A stretch of DNA of 64,000 nucleotides, taken from assembly GCA_910585205.1 (NCBI GenBank), contig CAJUCC010000037.1, positions 680-64,679 on the forward strand, read 5' to 3'. Below are positions 38,240 to 45,561 of the stretch, one piece after another. A model generated the notes under the pieces. The model did no database searches. It saw only the letters and a program-made list of their open reading frames with translations, and was not told the origin of the DNA. The DNA comes from an uncultured Lachnospiraceae bacterium (GTDB taxonomy: Bacteria; Bacillota; Clostridia; Lachnospirales; Lachnospiraceae). The translations under genes were made by a program, and so were the position numbers. Position 1 is the first letter of the stretch. The number at the start of each line of letters is the position of its first letter.

Positions 38240-38256
38240 ACAAATTATTTGTAAAA
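38236..38256. repeat. perfect 21-bp palindrome TTTTACAAAT-T-ATTTGTAAAA at the left edge of the AT-rich islet
   Basis: 10-bp arms at 38236-38245 and 38247-38256, read directly from the sequence. Confidence 0.7.
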
Positions 38257-38411
38257 CTGCTTTCTTATTTTATAATGTATTGATTAATGTGTTTTTGTGG
38301 AGGCAGATTTAACAGGGATAGACTTTTACATTCTTCAATAACATAATTTTGATGTATGACAAGTACAATCTTATTACGTTGAAGAAACTATAAAACTTTG
38401 TTATAGTATTA

Positions 38412-38440
38412 TTGACTATATTAATTACAGCTTTTAAAGT
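38412..38440 (+). promoter_or_regulatory. sigma-A-type promoter candidate of the islet (TTGACT-17-TAAAGT)
   Basis: TTGACT at 38412-38417, 17-nt spacer, TAAAGT at 38435-38440, about 50 nt before ATG 38493. Confidence 0.35.
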
Positions 38441-38492
38441 GCTAAAAAATTAAGGAAATCGCTATATTATTTTTGGGAGGGATACCAATTAA

Positions 38493-38906
38493 ATGAAAAA
38501 GCGAGAAATTGCACATTGGACGAAAAATGAATACCTTAAGGGGATGTTATTATTTGCTCAAGCACTAGAGGAAGAAACTTTCAATTATTCATATGAATCA
38601 TATAGGGTTCCTGCATTAAACAGTCATTATTTATGTTATGATGTGATGCATACTGCAAATGATATTAATAAAAAAGTACTTATGGATGGAAATTTTGTTC
38701 CGTTGTCTGAAGAATTTGAACAAGTGCTACGAGAGGATATTTTTGTACAACAAGCTATTTCTGATGATGGAACATTATTATTTTTACAGGATAAAACCTC
38801 AAGGTATTATAATCTAGAAGAAAGTGAACTAAAAACTAAAATAAAGCATTACCCCGAAATAGCTAATTTTGTAAAAATATTTGTGAGAGAAACGATTTAT
38901 ATATAG
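38493..38906 (+). CDS. islet ORF 1, hypothetical (137 aa); possibly the N-terminal part of a longer frameshifted gene
   Basis: Long open frame in very AT-rich DNA, with GGGAGGG upstream. The stop lies in a (TA)4 run, after which coding signal continues in another frame. Confidence 0.5.
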   Translation: MKKREIAHWTKNEYLKGMLLFAQALEEETFNYSYESYRVPALNSHYLCYDVMHTANDINKKVLMDGNFVPLSEEFEQVLREDIFVQQAISDDGTLLFLQDKTSRYYNLEESELKTKIKHYPEIANFVKIFVRETIYI

Positions 38907-39088
38907 AAAGTTTACTGGGCATTATTATTGATAATATTTTTGTGGAATATTTATCATATGAGAATAGTGAAAAGATATACCAGGCAACTCGAATGCTGAC
39001 AACTGAGTTGATAAATGCAGGATACAGTAAGGAGGAGATAATGCAATTGAGAGTAGAAATGTTATGCATACTCCTATTAACGTTATGA
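38867..39088 (+). other. 73-codon open frame bridging islet ORF 1 and ORF 3 (no credible own start)
   Basis: ...IESLLGIIIDNIFVEYLSYENSEKIYQATRMLTTELINAGYSKEEIMQLRVEML... is stop-free in AT-rich DNA. It contains AAGGAGG (39029-39035) followed by ATG 39041. Confidence 0.4.
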
Positions 39089-39993
39089 AGAAAAAGGGGA
39101 ATTTGTCTGATTTTCATGCAATTTTTAATGATATTACATTAATGAATAAAATAGAACATCCTGCTGCTTTCTATAAATCGATAAGATTACATAGTGGCGC
39201 AATCGAAAGTAAAGATGTCTCTAATCAGTTGTTAAACCTGTGGACGATAGTCGAAACGTTAATTGATTCAAAAAGAGACAATGAAGACAAAATCAATACA
39301 ATATGTACAGTTTTATGCTCTATTCTGAATAGATGCTATTTATACGATAATCTTGAACAATTATTGCGTGATATATGTGCTTGCACTAGTACCGACATTT
39401 CTCGTATCATTTCTCAAGTTGAAGCCGATAATCAAGAACTGGATAGGGTAGAAAGATTGGCACTGCTGTTATCGCTTAATGAAAATGCTAATCTTTTAAA
39501 TGATATAATTAATGCATTATATAATTATCCGTTACTAGTTTATAGGTTAGAGTTGTTTTCACAGCATGTATTCATTAACTCAAAAACAATTTATGATTAC
39601 CTACAACGGCATAAAAAAAGAGTTCGTTGGCACATTATGAGAATATATCGGAATCGTAACATGATTGTTCATAGTGGTTCATATATGCCATATCTTAACA
39701 TTATAATTGAAAATTTACATTATTATGTTGATATTTTGTTTGATACTTTGATAGAATATTATCATTTGGGTTTGGCAGATCATACGAGTATATACAGAGA
39801 TGTTTTATCCAAAGAAGCAAGTTGCTATGTTAAATTAGGGGTTAATATAAAATCTGCAAGAATAAAAGAAAAACAGCAAGTTATCGCAATCAATAAAGTG
39901 AATGCGTTAGAATTAATTCTAAATGGTTATAGTGGCAATATTGTTAAAAAAATTCTAAACCAAGTGATTGGGGAACAACGCAAAGAAGTTTAA
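39064..39993 (+). CDS. islet ORF 3: HEPN-like (R-x4-H) protein, candidate abortive-infection/RNase toxin
   Basis: WHIMRIYRNRNMIVHSGSY contains R-N-M-I-V-H (Rx4H), with an upstream NQLLNLWTIVETLI helix. All-helical and AT-rich codon usage. No SD at ATG 39064. Confidence 0.45.
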   Translation: MHTPINVMKKKGNLSDFHAIFNDITLMNKIEHPAAFYKSIRLHSGAIESKDVSNQLLNLWTIVETLIDSKRDNEDKINTICTVLCSILNRCYLYDNLEQLLRDICACTSTDISRIISQVEADNQELDRVERLALLLSLNENANLLNDIINALYNYPLLVYRLELFSQHVFINSKTIYDYLQRHKKRVRWHIMRIYRNRNMIVHSGSYMPYLNIIIENLHYYVDILFDTLIEYYHLGLADHTSIYRDVLSKEASCYVKLGVNIKSARIKEKQQVIAINKVNALELILNGYSGNIVKKILNQVIGEQRKEV

Positions 39994-40401
39994 CGAGTTT
40001 TCCTCGTTACTAACGACTTGCGCAGTTAGCACGGATTAAAATATAGGATAACTTATTAATATGAAAGCGTCTTCTGTTTTGGATAGCATATAGTTTTTTG
40101 GATTTTTTATGATCGATACTTAAATTTAATTTTAGTTGTTGGCATTGTTGCTCTATTAATGGCTATAATTGACCATTTTTTGCTGTTATAGCAGGATGCT
40201 TATTATTATGAACATGAAATCTCGGGGAGATAGAAACTGGAAGAGAATTGAGATTTTTCAGTTTAATGGAAACTTATTTTTCTTGCAAGCTGGTATTTGC
40301 TTCTGAAGAGTTATATATTTTCAGGGTATAATGGAGCATTCTGCAGGCAGATACGTTTGTGGTGAGATTGAAACAGAAAATTGTTCCATTATGGTAAAAC
40401 G

Positions 40402-40635
40402 TCCGGCAATGCAGGCAAGTATTTCTTTGCTGGGCATTACGGGGATATTAGAGTTTCTTAGTGGTTCGTCAATGTTCTGCAATTTCCGGGCATGGATGCC
40501 CGGAAAAGGCCGACCTGCGCCTGGATGGCGCATAGAGGCCGATTGCACGTTTGTCATAGATTTGCGTCGAACTGCTTAGAAACTCTTATATCTACAGTTC
40601 TGCCCAGCAAAGAAATACTTGCCTGCATTGCCGGA
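40402..40635. repeat. 234-bp long-hairpin element: 35-bp perfect terminal inverted repeats plus imperfect inner symmetry (MITE-like)
   Basis: TCCGGCAATGCAGGCAAGTATTTCTTTGCTGGGCA (40402-40436) is the exact reverse complement of 40601-40635. Inner arms (about 40445-40467 vs 40568-40590) are also partly complementary. AACG flanks both ends. Confidence 0.6.
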
Positions 40636-40657
40636 AACGCATTCCCATATTTTCCTC

Positions 40658-40685
40658 TTGCACATTTTGCAAACCATGTTATAAT
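40658..40685 (+). promoter_or_regulatory. sigma-A-type promoter candidate for the carboxyltransferase gene (TTGCAC-16-TGtTATAAT)
   Basis: TTGCAC at 40658-40663; extended -10 TGTTATAAT at 40677-40685. Confidence 0.45.
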
Positions 40686-40740
40686 ATACTTTGAGATTCA
40701 AAGTATTTGATATGCAAACTACTAAGAAAGGACTGCAATC

Positions 40741-42366
40741 ATGAATTGGGATGAAGCGATTAAGAATCTGGAACAGAGGAGGGAGAAAGCGCTGCAGGGC
40801 GGCGGTCAGGCGAAGATTGACAAGCAGCATAAATCGGGTAAACTGACGGCGCGGGAACGGATTGACATTCTCCTGGACAAGGGAACTTTTGTTGAGATAG
40901 ATGGCATGATGGAATCCCGGATTGACGATTTTGATCTGGATAAAAGAAGGGTGCCGGGGGACGGCGTTGTCACCGGGTACGGGGAGGTTGACGGCCGGCT
41001 TGTCTTTGTCGTCAGCGAAGACTTTACGGTAATCGGCGGCACGCTTGGCGAGTATCACTCGTTTAAGATTTGCCGGATTCAGGATATGGCGATGCAGATG
41101 AAGGCACCTTTGATCTGTATCAATGACAGTGGCGGCGCCCGGATCGAGGAAGGGATTTCTTCCCTGAGCGGTTATAGCGGCATGTTCCTGCGCCATACGA
41201 AAGCGTCGGGCGTGATTCCGCAGATTGCGGTGATTCTGGGGCCGTGTTCCGGCGGGGCATGCTATGCGCCTGCAATCTGTGACTATATCTTTATGGTAAG
41301 GGATATTTCCAAAATGTTCATTACCGGTCCGAACGTGGTCAAGACCGTAATCAATGAGGAAGTTTCGGTCGAAGAACTGGGCGGCGCGGATGTACATGCC
41401 AAAAAGAGCGGTGTGTCGCATTTCACATATGATACCGAAGGCGAGTGTTTGATGGGTGTGCGCAAGCTTCTGTCCTATCTGCCGAGTAACAATGAACAGC
41501 AGCCGCCGGTAATCAAACCGATCCGTGAAAAGCAGTCGCTTCTGTTTGCCGTCAATAAAATGATTAACAAGGTCGGTAATTTCGGAAAGACATATCTGGA
41601 AAAGAGTGACGACCAGTGTGCGAAACTCCGTGACATTGTACCGGATAATTCCAGACACCCTTACGATGTGAAAGAAGTCATAGCGTGTATCGTGGACAAT
41701 GACAGCTTTTTCGAAGTGCAGAAAGAGTTTGCGATGAACGCGGTCGTGGGATGGGGGCGCATGGAAGGCAAAACCGTGGGATTTGTCGCAAATCAGGCAA
41801 ACTGCAGCGCCGGCTCACTGGACTATCATGCTTCCGATAAGGTGGCCAGATTTATCCGTTTCTGCGACTGCTTCAATATTCCGCTTGTGACACTTGTGGA
41901 TGTGCCTGCATTCCTGCCCGGTACGGCGCAGGAGCACAGCGGCATTATCCGCCATGGCGCGAAGGTTCTGTATGCGTATTCCGAGGCAACCGTGCCGAAG
42001 ATTTCCGTCATTATGCGGAAGGCATATGGCGGCGCCTATATTGCCATGAACTCCAAGGAGATGGGAGCCGATCTTGTCTATGCATGGCCGATTGCGGAGA
42101 TCGCCGTTATGGGGGCAGACGGCGCGGTTAATATCGCGTTTAAGAAAAAGATCAAGGCGGCCGAAAATCCGGAGGCAATGCGGGAACAGTGCAAGAGAGA
42201 GTACGAGGAGCGATTCCTGAATCCGTATGTGGCAGCCGCGAGAGGATATGTCAATGAAGTGATTAAGCCGGAAGAGACAAGGCTCTGCATTTTGAAAGGG
42301 CTGCGCGGTCTGGAAAGCAAAAAAGTGGAACTGCCCAAAAAGAAACACGGAAATATTCCGTTATAA
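40741..42366 (+). CDS. acyl-CoA carboxylase carboxyltransferase subunit (methylmalonyl-CoA decarboxylase alpha / propionyl-CoA carboxylase beta family)
   Basis: GGGQAKIDKQHKSGKLTARERIDILLDKGTFVEID, DSGGARIEEG, GPCSGGACYAPA, PLVTLVDVPAFLPG and RKAYGGAYIAM are hallmark carboxyltransferase blocks. Confidence 0.9.
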   Translation: MNWDEAIKNLEQRREKALQGGGQAKIDKQHKSGKLTARERIDILLDKGTFVEIDGMMESRIDDFDLDKRRVPGDGVVTGYGEVDGRLVFVVSEDFTVIGGTLGEYHSFKICRIQDMAMQMKAPLICINDSGGARIEEGISSLSGYSGMFLRHTKASGVIPQIAVILGPCSGGACYAPAICDYIFMVRDISKMFITGPNVVKTVINEEVSVEELGGADVHAKKSGVSHFTYDTEGECLMGVRKLLSYLPSNNEQQPPVIKPIREKQSLLFAVNKMINKVGNFGKTYLEKSDDQCAKLRDIVPDNSRHPYDVKEVIACIVDNDSFFEVQKEFAMNAVVGWGRMEGKTVGFVANQANCSAGSLDYHASDKVARFIRFCDCFNIPLVTLVDVPAFLPGTAQEHSGIIRHGAKVLYAYSEATVPKISVIMRKAYGGAYIAMNSKEMGADLVYAWPIAEIAVMGADGAVNIAFKKKIKAAENPEAMREQCKREYEERFLNPYVAAARGYVNEVIKPEETRLCILKGLRGLESKKVELPKKKHGNIPL

Positions 42367-42377
42367 TCCGATAAAAA

Positions 42378-42420
42378 CAGCAGCACGGAAGAAGGAAACA
42401 ATCTGTGCTGCTGCTTTTGT
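42378..42420. terminator. bidirectional intrinsic terminator between convergent genes
   Basis: CAGCAGCAC (42378-42386) pairs with GTGCTGCTG (42405-42413). AAAAA on the left and CTTTTGT on the right. Confidence 0.5.
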
Positions 42421-42458
42421 GTGGTCTGTTGTGAAAAGCCGTTCCCGGTAGATTCTGC

Positions 42459-43763
42459 CTAGCAATAACTGTTAAACATCATACCGCTGTAAGGGCTTGT
42501 GATATAAGGCGTAACAAAATGCTTTTTCGCCGGATTTTTGTAAGCCACCATGGTATTGTCTATATACTGCATGGGATTGAGCGAAATCTGTCCGGCTTTG
42601 CGGAACAGGGAATCGGCAAAATCGCGCATCATATTGATGGTGTGCTTGGCGTCTCCGTCTTCCAGTGAACGGGTATACGTATCCGTGTTCAGCGCGATGG
42701 ATCCATTGTCCTGAATCGAGAGTCCCATATAATTCAGGCCGTCCTTATAAACGGAGGCGATACCGCGCATTTCCTTGAGGAGATCGGCGTTTTTCGTGCG
42801 CCGTCCCTTGTTTCGGAACGCGAAATCAATAAAGGAATTATAGCCGTTGACAAGTTTGTTGATGTTTTCGCCGAGTGATTCGGTGTCGTCTTTGACGCTG
42901 ACTGTGGCGGTCTGGCCTTCCATAGGGCTGATGCCGTTCAGCGTGAGTTCGTATGTCTTTTCCAATACGAAATGATTGGAGGAGATACTGCGGCTTTGGC
43001 CGTTGATGAGAACTTCCGCATTGGCGGCCGGGCGCGTTATCTGGCCGATGCCGAAATAATCCACAGAGCCGGAGGCTTTGCTGGAATGGGTATCGGAGAT
43101 GGTAAACAAATCCTCCCTGCCGATGGGGACACCGGTGGCAACGGAAGTCAGCCGGAGAGCGGACAGATCCCCGTCTGTCTCAACCTCGGCGTCAATGCCG
43201 ATACCGGCGTTGGAAATCAGGCGTGCCAGTTTTTCCTGTACGCTTTTGTTGGTATCGCCTTCTGTAATTTTATATTGAAATTCGTAGTTTGTATTGTGGA
43301 TATTGACATCAAAAGAGTACGTATCGAGCGGTATCTCCAGGCTGTCGGCAGGCAGAAAAGAACCCAGATTGACCTGCGGAGAAGCCAGAGAGCGTACTTC
43401 CACCTCGTAAGACGGGATTTCCGTATCCGCGGAAGCGGCGCCTACATACTGTGCGCTGATGATATTCTCGTTGCTGGAAAAGGCCGCTTTTTTGCTGAGC
43501 AGTTCCTTTTCGTCCAGACCGCCCAGAGAAGCGATCACATGGTGCAGTTCTCTCGCTCCTTCTTTGACGCCGATCGCAAAGGCATGTGACTCCTTGCTCG
43601 TATCCAAAAGGTATAAAGGGGCTTCTTTATTCAGCCTGACCATGGAATTATATACATTGCGCAGTTCACTTTTTTTATGCGCGTCGTATTTGGAAACGGT
43701 ACCGCGCGAATAAGAAGTCAGATAATGATTATAGACTGTGTTTAGTGCCAGCATATTTGCCAT
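42459..43763 (-). CDS. FliD-like protein (cap-protein central/C-terminal-like region, atypical N-terminus)
   Basis: AAGGAGGGG SD before ATG 43763. NAEVLINGQSRSISSNHFVL...TVSVKDDTESLGENINKLVNGYNSFIDF and YMGLSIQDNGSIALNTD parallel the FliD in this window (DAVITLNGAEFTSENNGFSI...TTDDVDGIYDMVKNFIKQYNDLI). Confidence 0.5.
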   Translation of the reverse strand: MANMLALNTVYNHYLTSYSRGTVSKYDAHKKSELRNVYNSMVRLNKEAPLYLLDTSKESHAFAIGVKEGARELHHVIASLGGLDEKELLSKKAAFSSNENIISAQYVGAASADTEIPSYEVEVRSLASPQVNLGSFLPADSLEIPLDTYSFDVNIHNTNYEFQYKITEGDTNKSVQEKLARLISNAGIGIDAEVETDGDLSALRLTSVATGVPIGREDLFTISDTHSSKASGSVDYFGIGQITRPAANAEVLINGQSRSISSNHFVLEKTYELTLNGISPMEGQTATVSVKDDTESLGENINKLVNGYNSFIDFAFRNKGRRTKNADLLKEMRGIASVYKDGLNYMGLSIQDNGSIALNTDTYTRSLEDGDAKHTINMMRDFADSLFRKAGQISLNPMQYIDNTMVAYKNPAKKHFVTPYITSPYSGMMFNSYC

Positions 43764-43878
43764 TTTGCCCCTCCTTTCTTCCCTGAAAAGAACATTTATG
43801 ATGGTTTTACATAAGTCTGTGGAATCCGTTCCGACTGTTATAATGTCTGAGGGCATAATAACCTACTTTTATGTGCTT

Positions 43879-43907
43879 ATCATACCACGAAACATGGGAA
43901 TTTACAA
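43879..43907 (-). promoter_or_regulatory. sigma-A-type promoter candidate for the FliD-like gene (TTGTAA-17-TGgTATGAT, minus strand)
   Basis: The reverse complement of 43879-43907 reads TTGTAAattcccatgtttcgtggTATGAT. Confidence 0.4.
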
Positions 43908-43926
43908 GAAAAAAACGGAAAAAATG

Positions 43927-43955
43927 TTGACGGAGCGCCGTGCCTGTGCTATAGT
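43927..43955 (+). promoter_or_regulatory. sigma-A-type promoter candidate for rpmG-secE-nusG (TTGACG-17-TGcTATAGT)
   Basis: TTGACG at 43927-43932; TATAGT at 43950-43955, preceded by TGC. Confidence 0.5.
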
Positions 43956-44063
43956 GAGTAAGCGAGATGAGATTTAGGTCTTTTTTTTATGCTCAATTTT
44001 TCATAAAAGAAAAGATAAAAAGGACGAATAAAACGTAAGGGAAACACGTGGAGGTGGATTGAT

Positions 44064-44213
44064 ATGCGCACAAGAATTACATTGGCATGTACAGAATGCA
44101 AACAGCGTAACTACAATACGACAAAGGACAAGAAAGCACATCCGGACAGAATGGAAATCAAGAAATTCTGTAGATTCTGCAGAACCCATACATTGCACAA
44201 GGAGACCAAATAA
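44064..44213 (+). CDS. rpmG: 50S ribosomal protein L33
   Basis: Not in the ORF track (49 aa). [49 protein letters not shown], with a GGAGGTGG SD. Confidence 0.9.
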   Translation: MRTRITLACTECKQRNYNTTKDKKAHPDRMEIKKFCRFCRTHTLHKETK

Positions 44214-44239
44214 AGCAGCCGTGAAAGGAAAGTGAGCAG

Positions 44240-44440
44240 ATGGGAGATTCAAAGAATAAGGAAAAGCCCGATTTTGCCAAAGGCGTAAAAACCGAGTTTA
44301 AGAAGATCACATGGCCCGACAGAACATCCCTGATTAAGCAGTCGGTTGCGGTTGTCGGTGTTTCCGTTGTACTGGGGGCCGTAATTGCCGTGATTGATAT
44401 GCTCCTTCAGTATGGCGTAAACAATTTCCTGACGATGTAG
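44240..44440 (+). CDS. secE: preprotein translocase subunit SecE
   Basis: FKKITWPDRTSLIKQSVAVVGVSVVLGAVIAVIDMLLQ is a single-TM SecE. Position between rpmG and nusG. Confidence 0.9.
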   Translation: MGDSKNKEKPDFAKGVKTEFKKITWPDRTSLIKQSVAVVGVSVVLGAVIAVIDMLLQYGVNNFLTM

Positions 44441-44456
44441 GAATGAGGGTGGGCAT

Positions 44457-44972
44457 ATGGCAGAAGCAAACTGGTATGTAGTGCATACGTATTCAGGATA
44501 TGAGAATAAAGTAAAGGCCAATATTGAAAAGACGATCGAAAACAGGCATCTGGAGGAAGAAATTCTGGAGGTGCGGGTACCGATGCAGGATGTTGTGGAG
44601 GTCAAGAACGGCGCCAGAAAAAATGTCCAGAAGAAAATGTTTCCCGGTTATGTGCTGATTAATATGGTGATGAATGACGATACCTGGTATGTCGTCAGAA
44701 ATACGAGAGGGGTAACAGGTTTCGTAGGGCCGGGAAGTAAACCCGTTCCACTGACGGAAGTGGAAATGCGGCCGCTCGGAATCAAGACGGAGAATATTTC
44801 GGTTGATTTCGGCGAAGGAGATACGATAGCCGTGATCGCAGGCGTCTGGAAAGATACGGTGGGCGCCGTGCAGAGGATGGATTACGGCAAACAGACAGCG
44901 ACGATCAATGTGGAATTGTTCGGCCGGGAGACGCCTGTCGAAATCAGTTTCGCGGAGATTAAGAAGATGTGA
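44457..44972 (+). CDS. nusG: transcription termination/antitermination factor NusG
   Basis: WYVVHTYSGYENKVKANIE...FPGYVLINM...V (NGN domain) plus a C-terminal KOW domain. Confidence 0.95.
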   Translation: MAEANWYVVHTYSGYENKVKANIEKTIENRHLEEEILEVRVPMQDVVEVKNGARKNVQKKMFPGYVLINMVMNDDTWYVVRNTRGVTGFVGPGSKPVPLTEVEMRPLGIKTENISVDFGEGDTIAVIAGVWKDTVGAVQRMDYGKQTATINVELFGRETPVEISFAEIKKM

Positions 44973-44999
44973 CATGGACGCGATCAGCGTTTTATGAAC

Positions 45000-45056
45000 T
45001 GTGGGAGGGAAATGCGGAATTCACGCGGTTCCGGCACAGACCCGCCACTACCACAA
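45000..45056 (+). promoter_or_regulatory. candidate L1-binding mRNA leader before rplK
   Basis: Blocks TGTGGGAGG (45000-45008), GGTTCCG (45027-45033) and GCCACTACCACAA (45044-45056) recur before rplA. TGTGG/CCACA can pair. Confidence 0.4.
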
Positions 45057-45075
45057 TATTTTAGGAGGTGCCAAA

Positions 45076-45501
45076 ATGGCAAAAAAAGTAGAAGGATACA
45101 TTAAGTTGCAGATCCCTGCCGGGAAGGCTACGCCCGCACCGCCGGTTGGTCCCGCACTGGGTCAGCACGGTGTCAACATCGTTGAGTTTACGAAGCAGTT
45201 TAACGCAAGGACGGCGGACAAGGGTGATCTGATTATCCCTGTTGTGATTACCGTATATGCGGACAGAAGTTTCAGCTTTGTGACAAAAACTCCCCCCGCG
45301 GCAGTTCTGTTGAAAAAAGCGGCGAATATCAAATCCGGTTCCGGTACGCCGAACAAGACAAAGGTTGCGACGATCTCCAAGGATAAGATCAAAGAGATCG
45401 CAGAGACAAAGATGCCGGATCTGAACGCTGCAAGCCTTGAGGCCGCTATGAGCATGATCGCCGGTACGGCTAAGAGTATGGGAATCGTTGTTGAGGACTG
45501 A
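45076..45501 (+). CDS. rplK: 50S ribosomal protein L11
   Basis: [35 protein letters not shown]... Confidence 0.97.
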   Translation: MAKKVEGYIKLQIPAGKATPAPPVGPALGQHGVNIVEFTKQFNARTADKGDLIIPVVITVYADRSFSFVTKTPPAAVLLKKAANIKSGSGTPNKTKVATISKDKIKEIAETKMPDLNAASLEAAMSMIAGTAKSMGIVVED

Positions 45502-45512
45502 TAACGCATAGA

Positions 45513-45548
45513 TGTGGGAGGAGCTTTCGGGTTCCGCCACTACCACAA
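45513..45548 (+). promoter_or_regulatory. second copy of the candidate L1-binding leader motif, before rplA
   Basis: TGTGGGAGG (45513-45521), GGTTCCG (45530-45536), GCCACTACCACAA (45536-45548), directly before the SD of rplA. Confidence 0.4.
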
Positions 45549-45561
45549 GGAGGAAAACAAA

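Noticed and set aside
40402-40635. Invertible promoter (inverton) interpretation of the 35-bp inverted repeats upstream of the carboxyltransferase gene.
   Set aside because: The best promoter for the downstream gene (TTGCAC-16-TGtTATAAT, 40658-40685) lies outside the repeat-bounded segment. No invertase/recombinase gene is adjacent. The symmetry extends through most of the segment, which fits a hairpin/MITE better than a flip-switch. Not fully excluded without read-orientation data.
43821-43832. GGAACGGAUUCC mini-hairpin with a GGA in the loop, plus a GGA-rich SD, in the 5' UTR of the FliD-like gene, considered as CsrA binding sites.
   Set aside because: Only a 4-bp stem, and GGA motifs are common in SD regions. 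The evidence is too weak to call a CsrA site without binding data.
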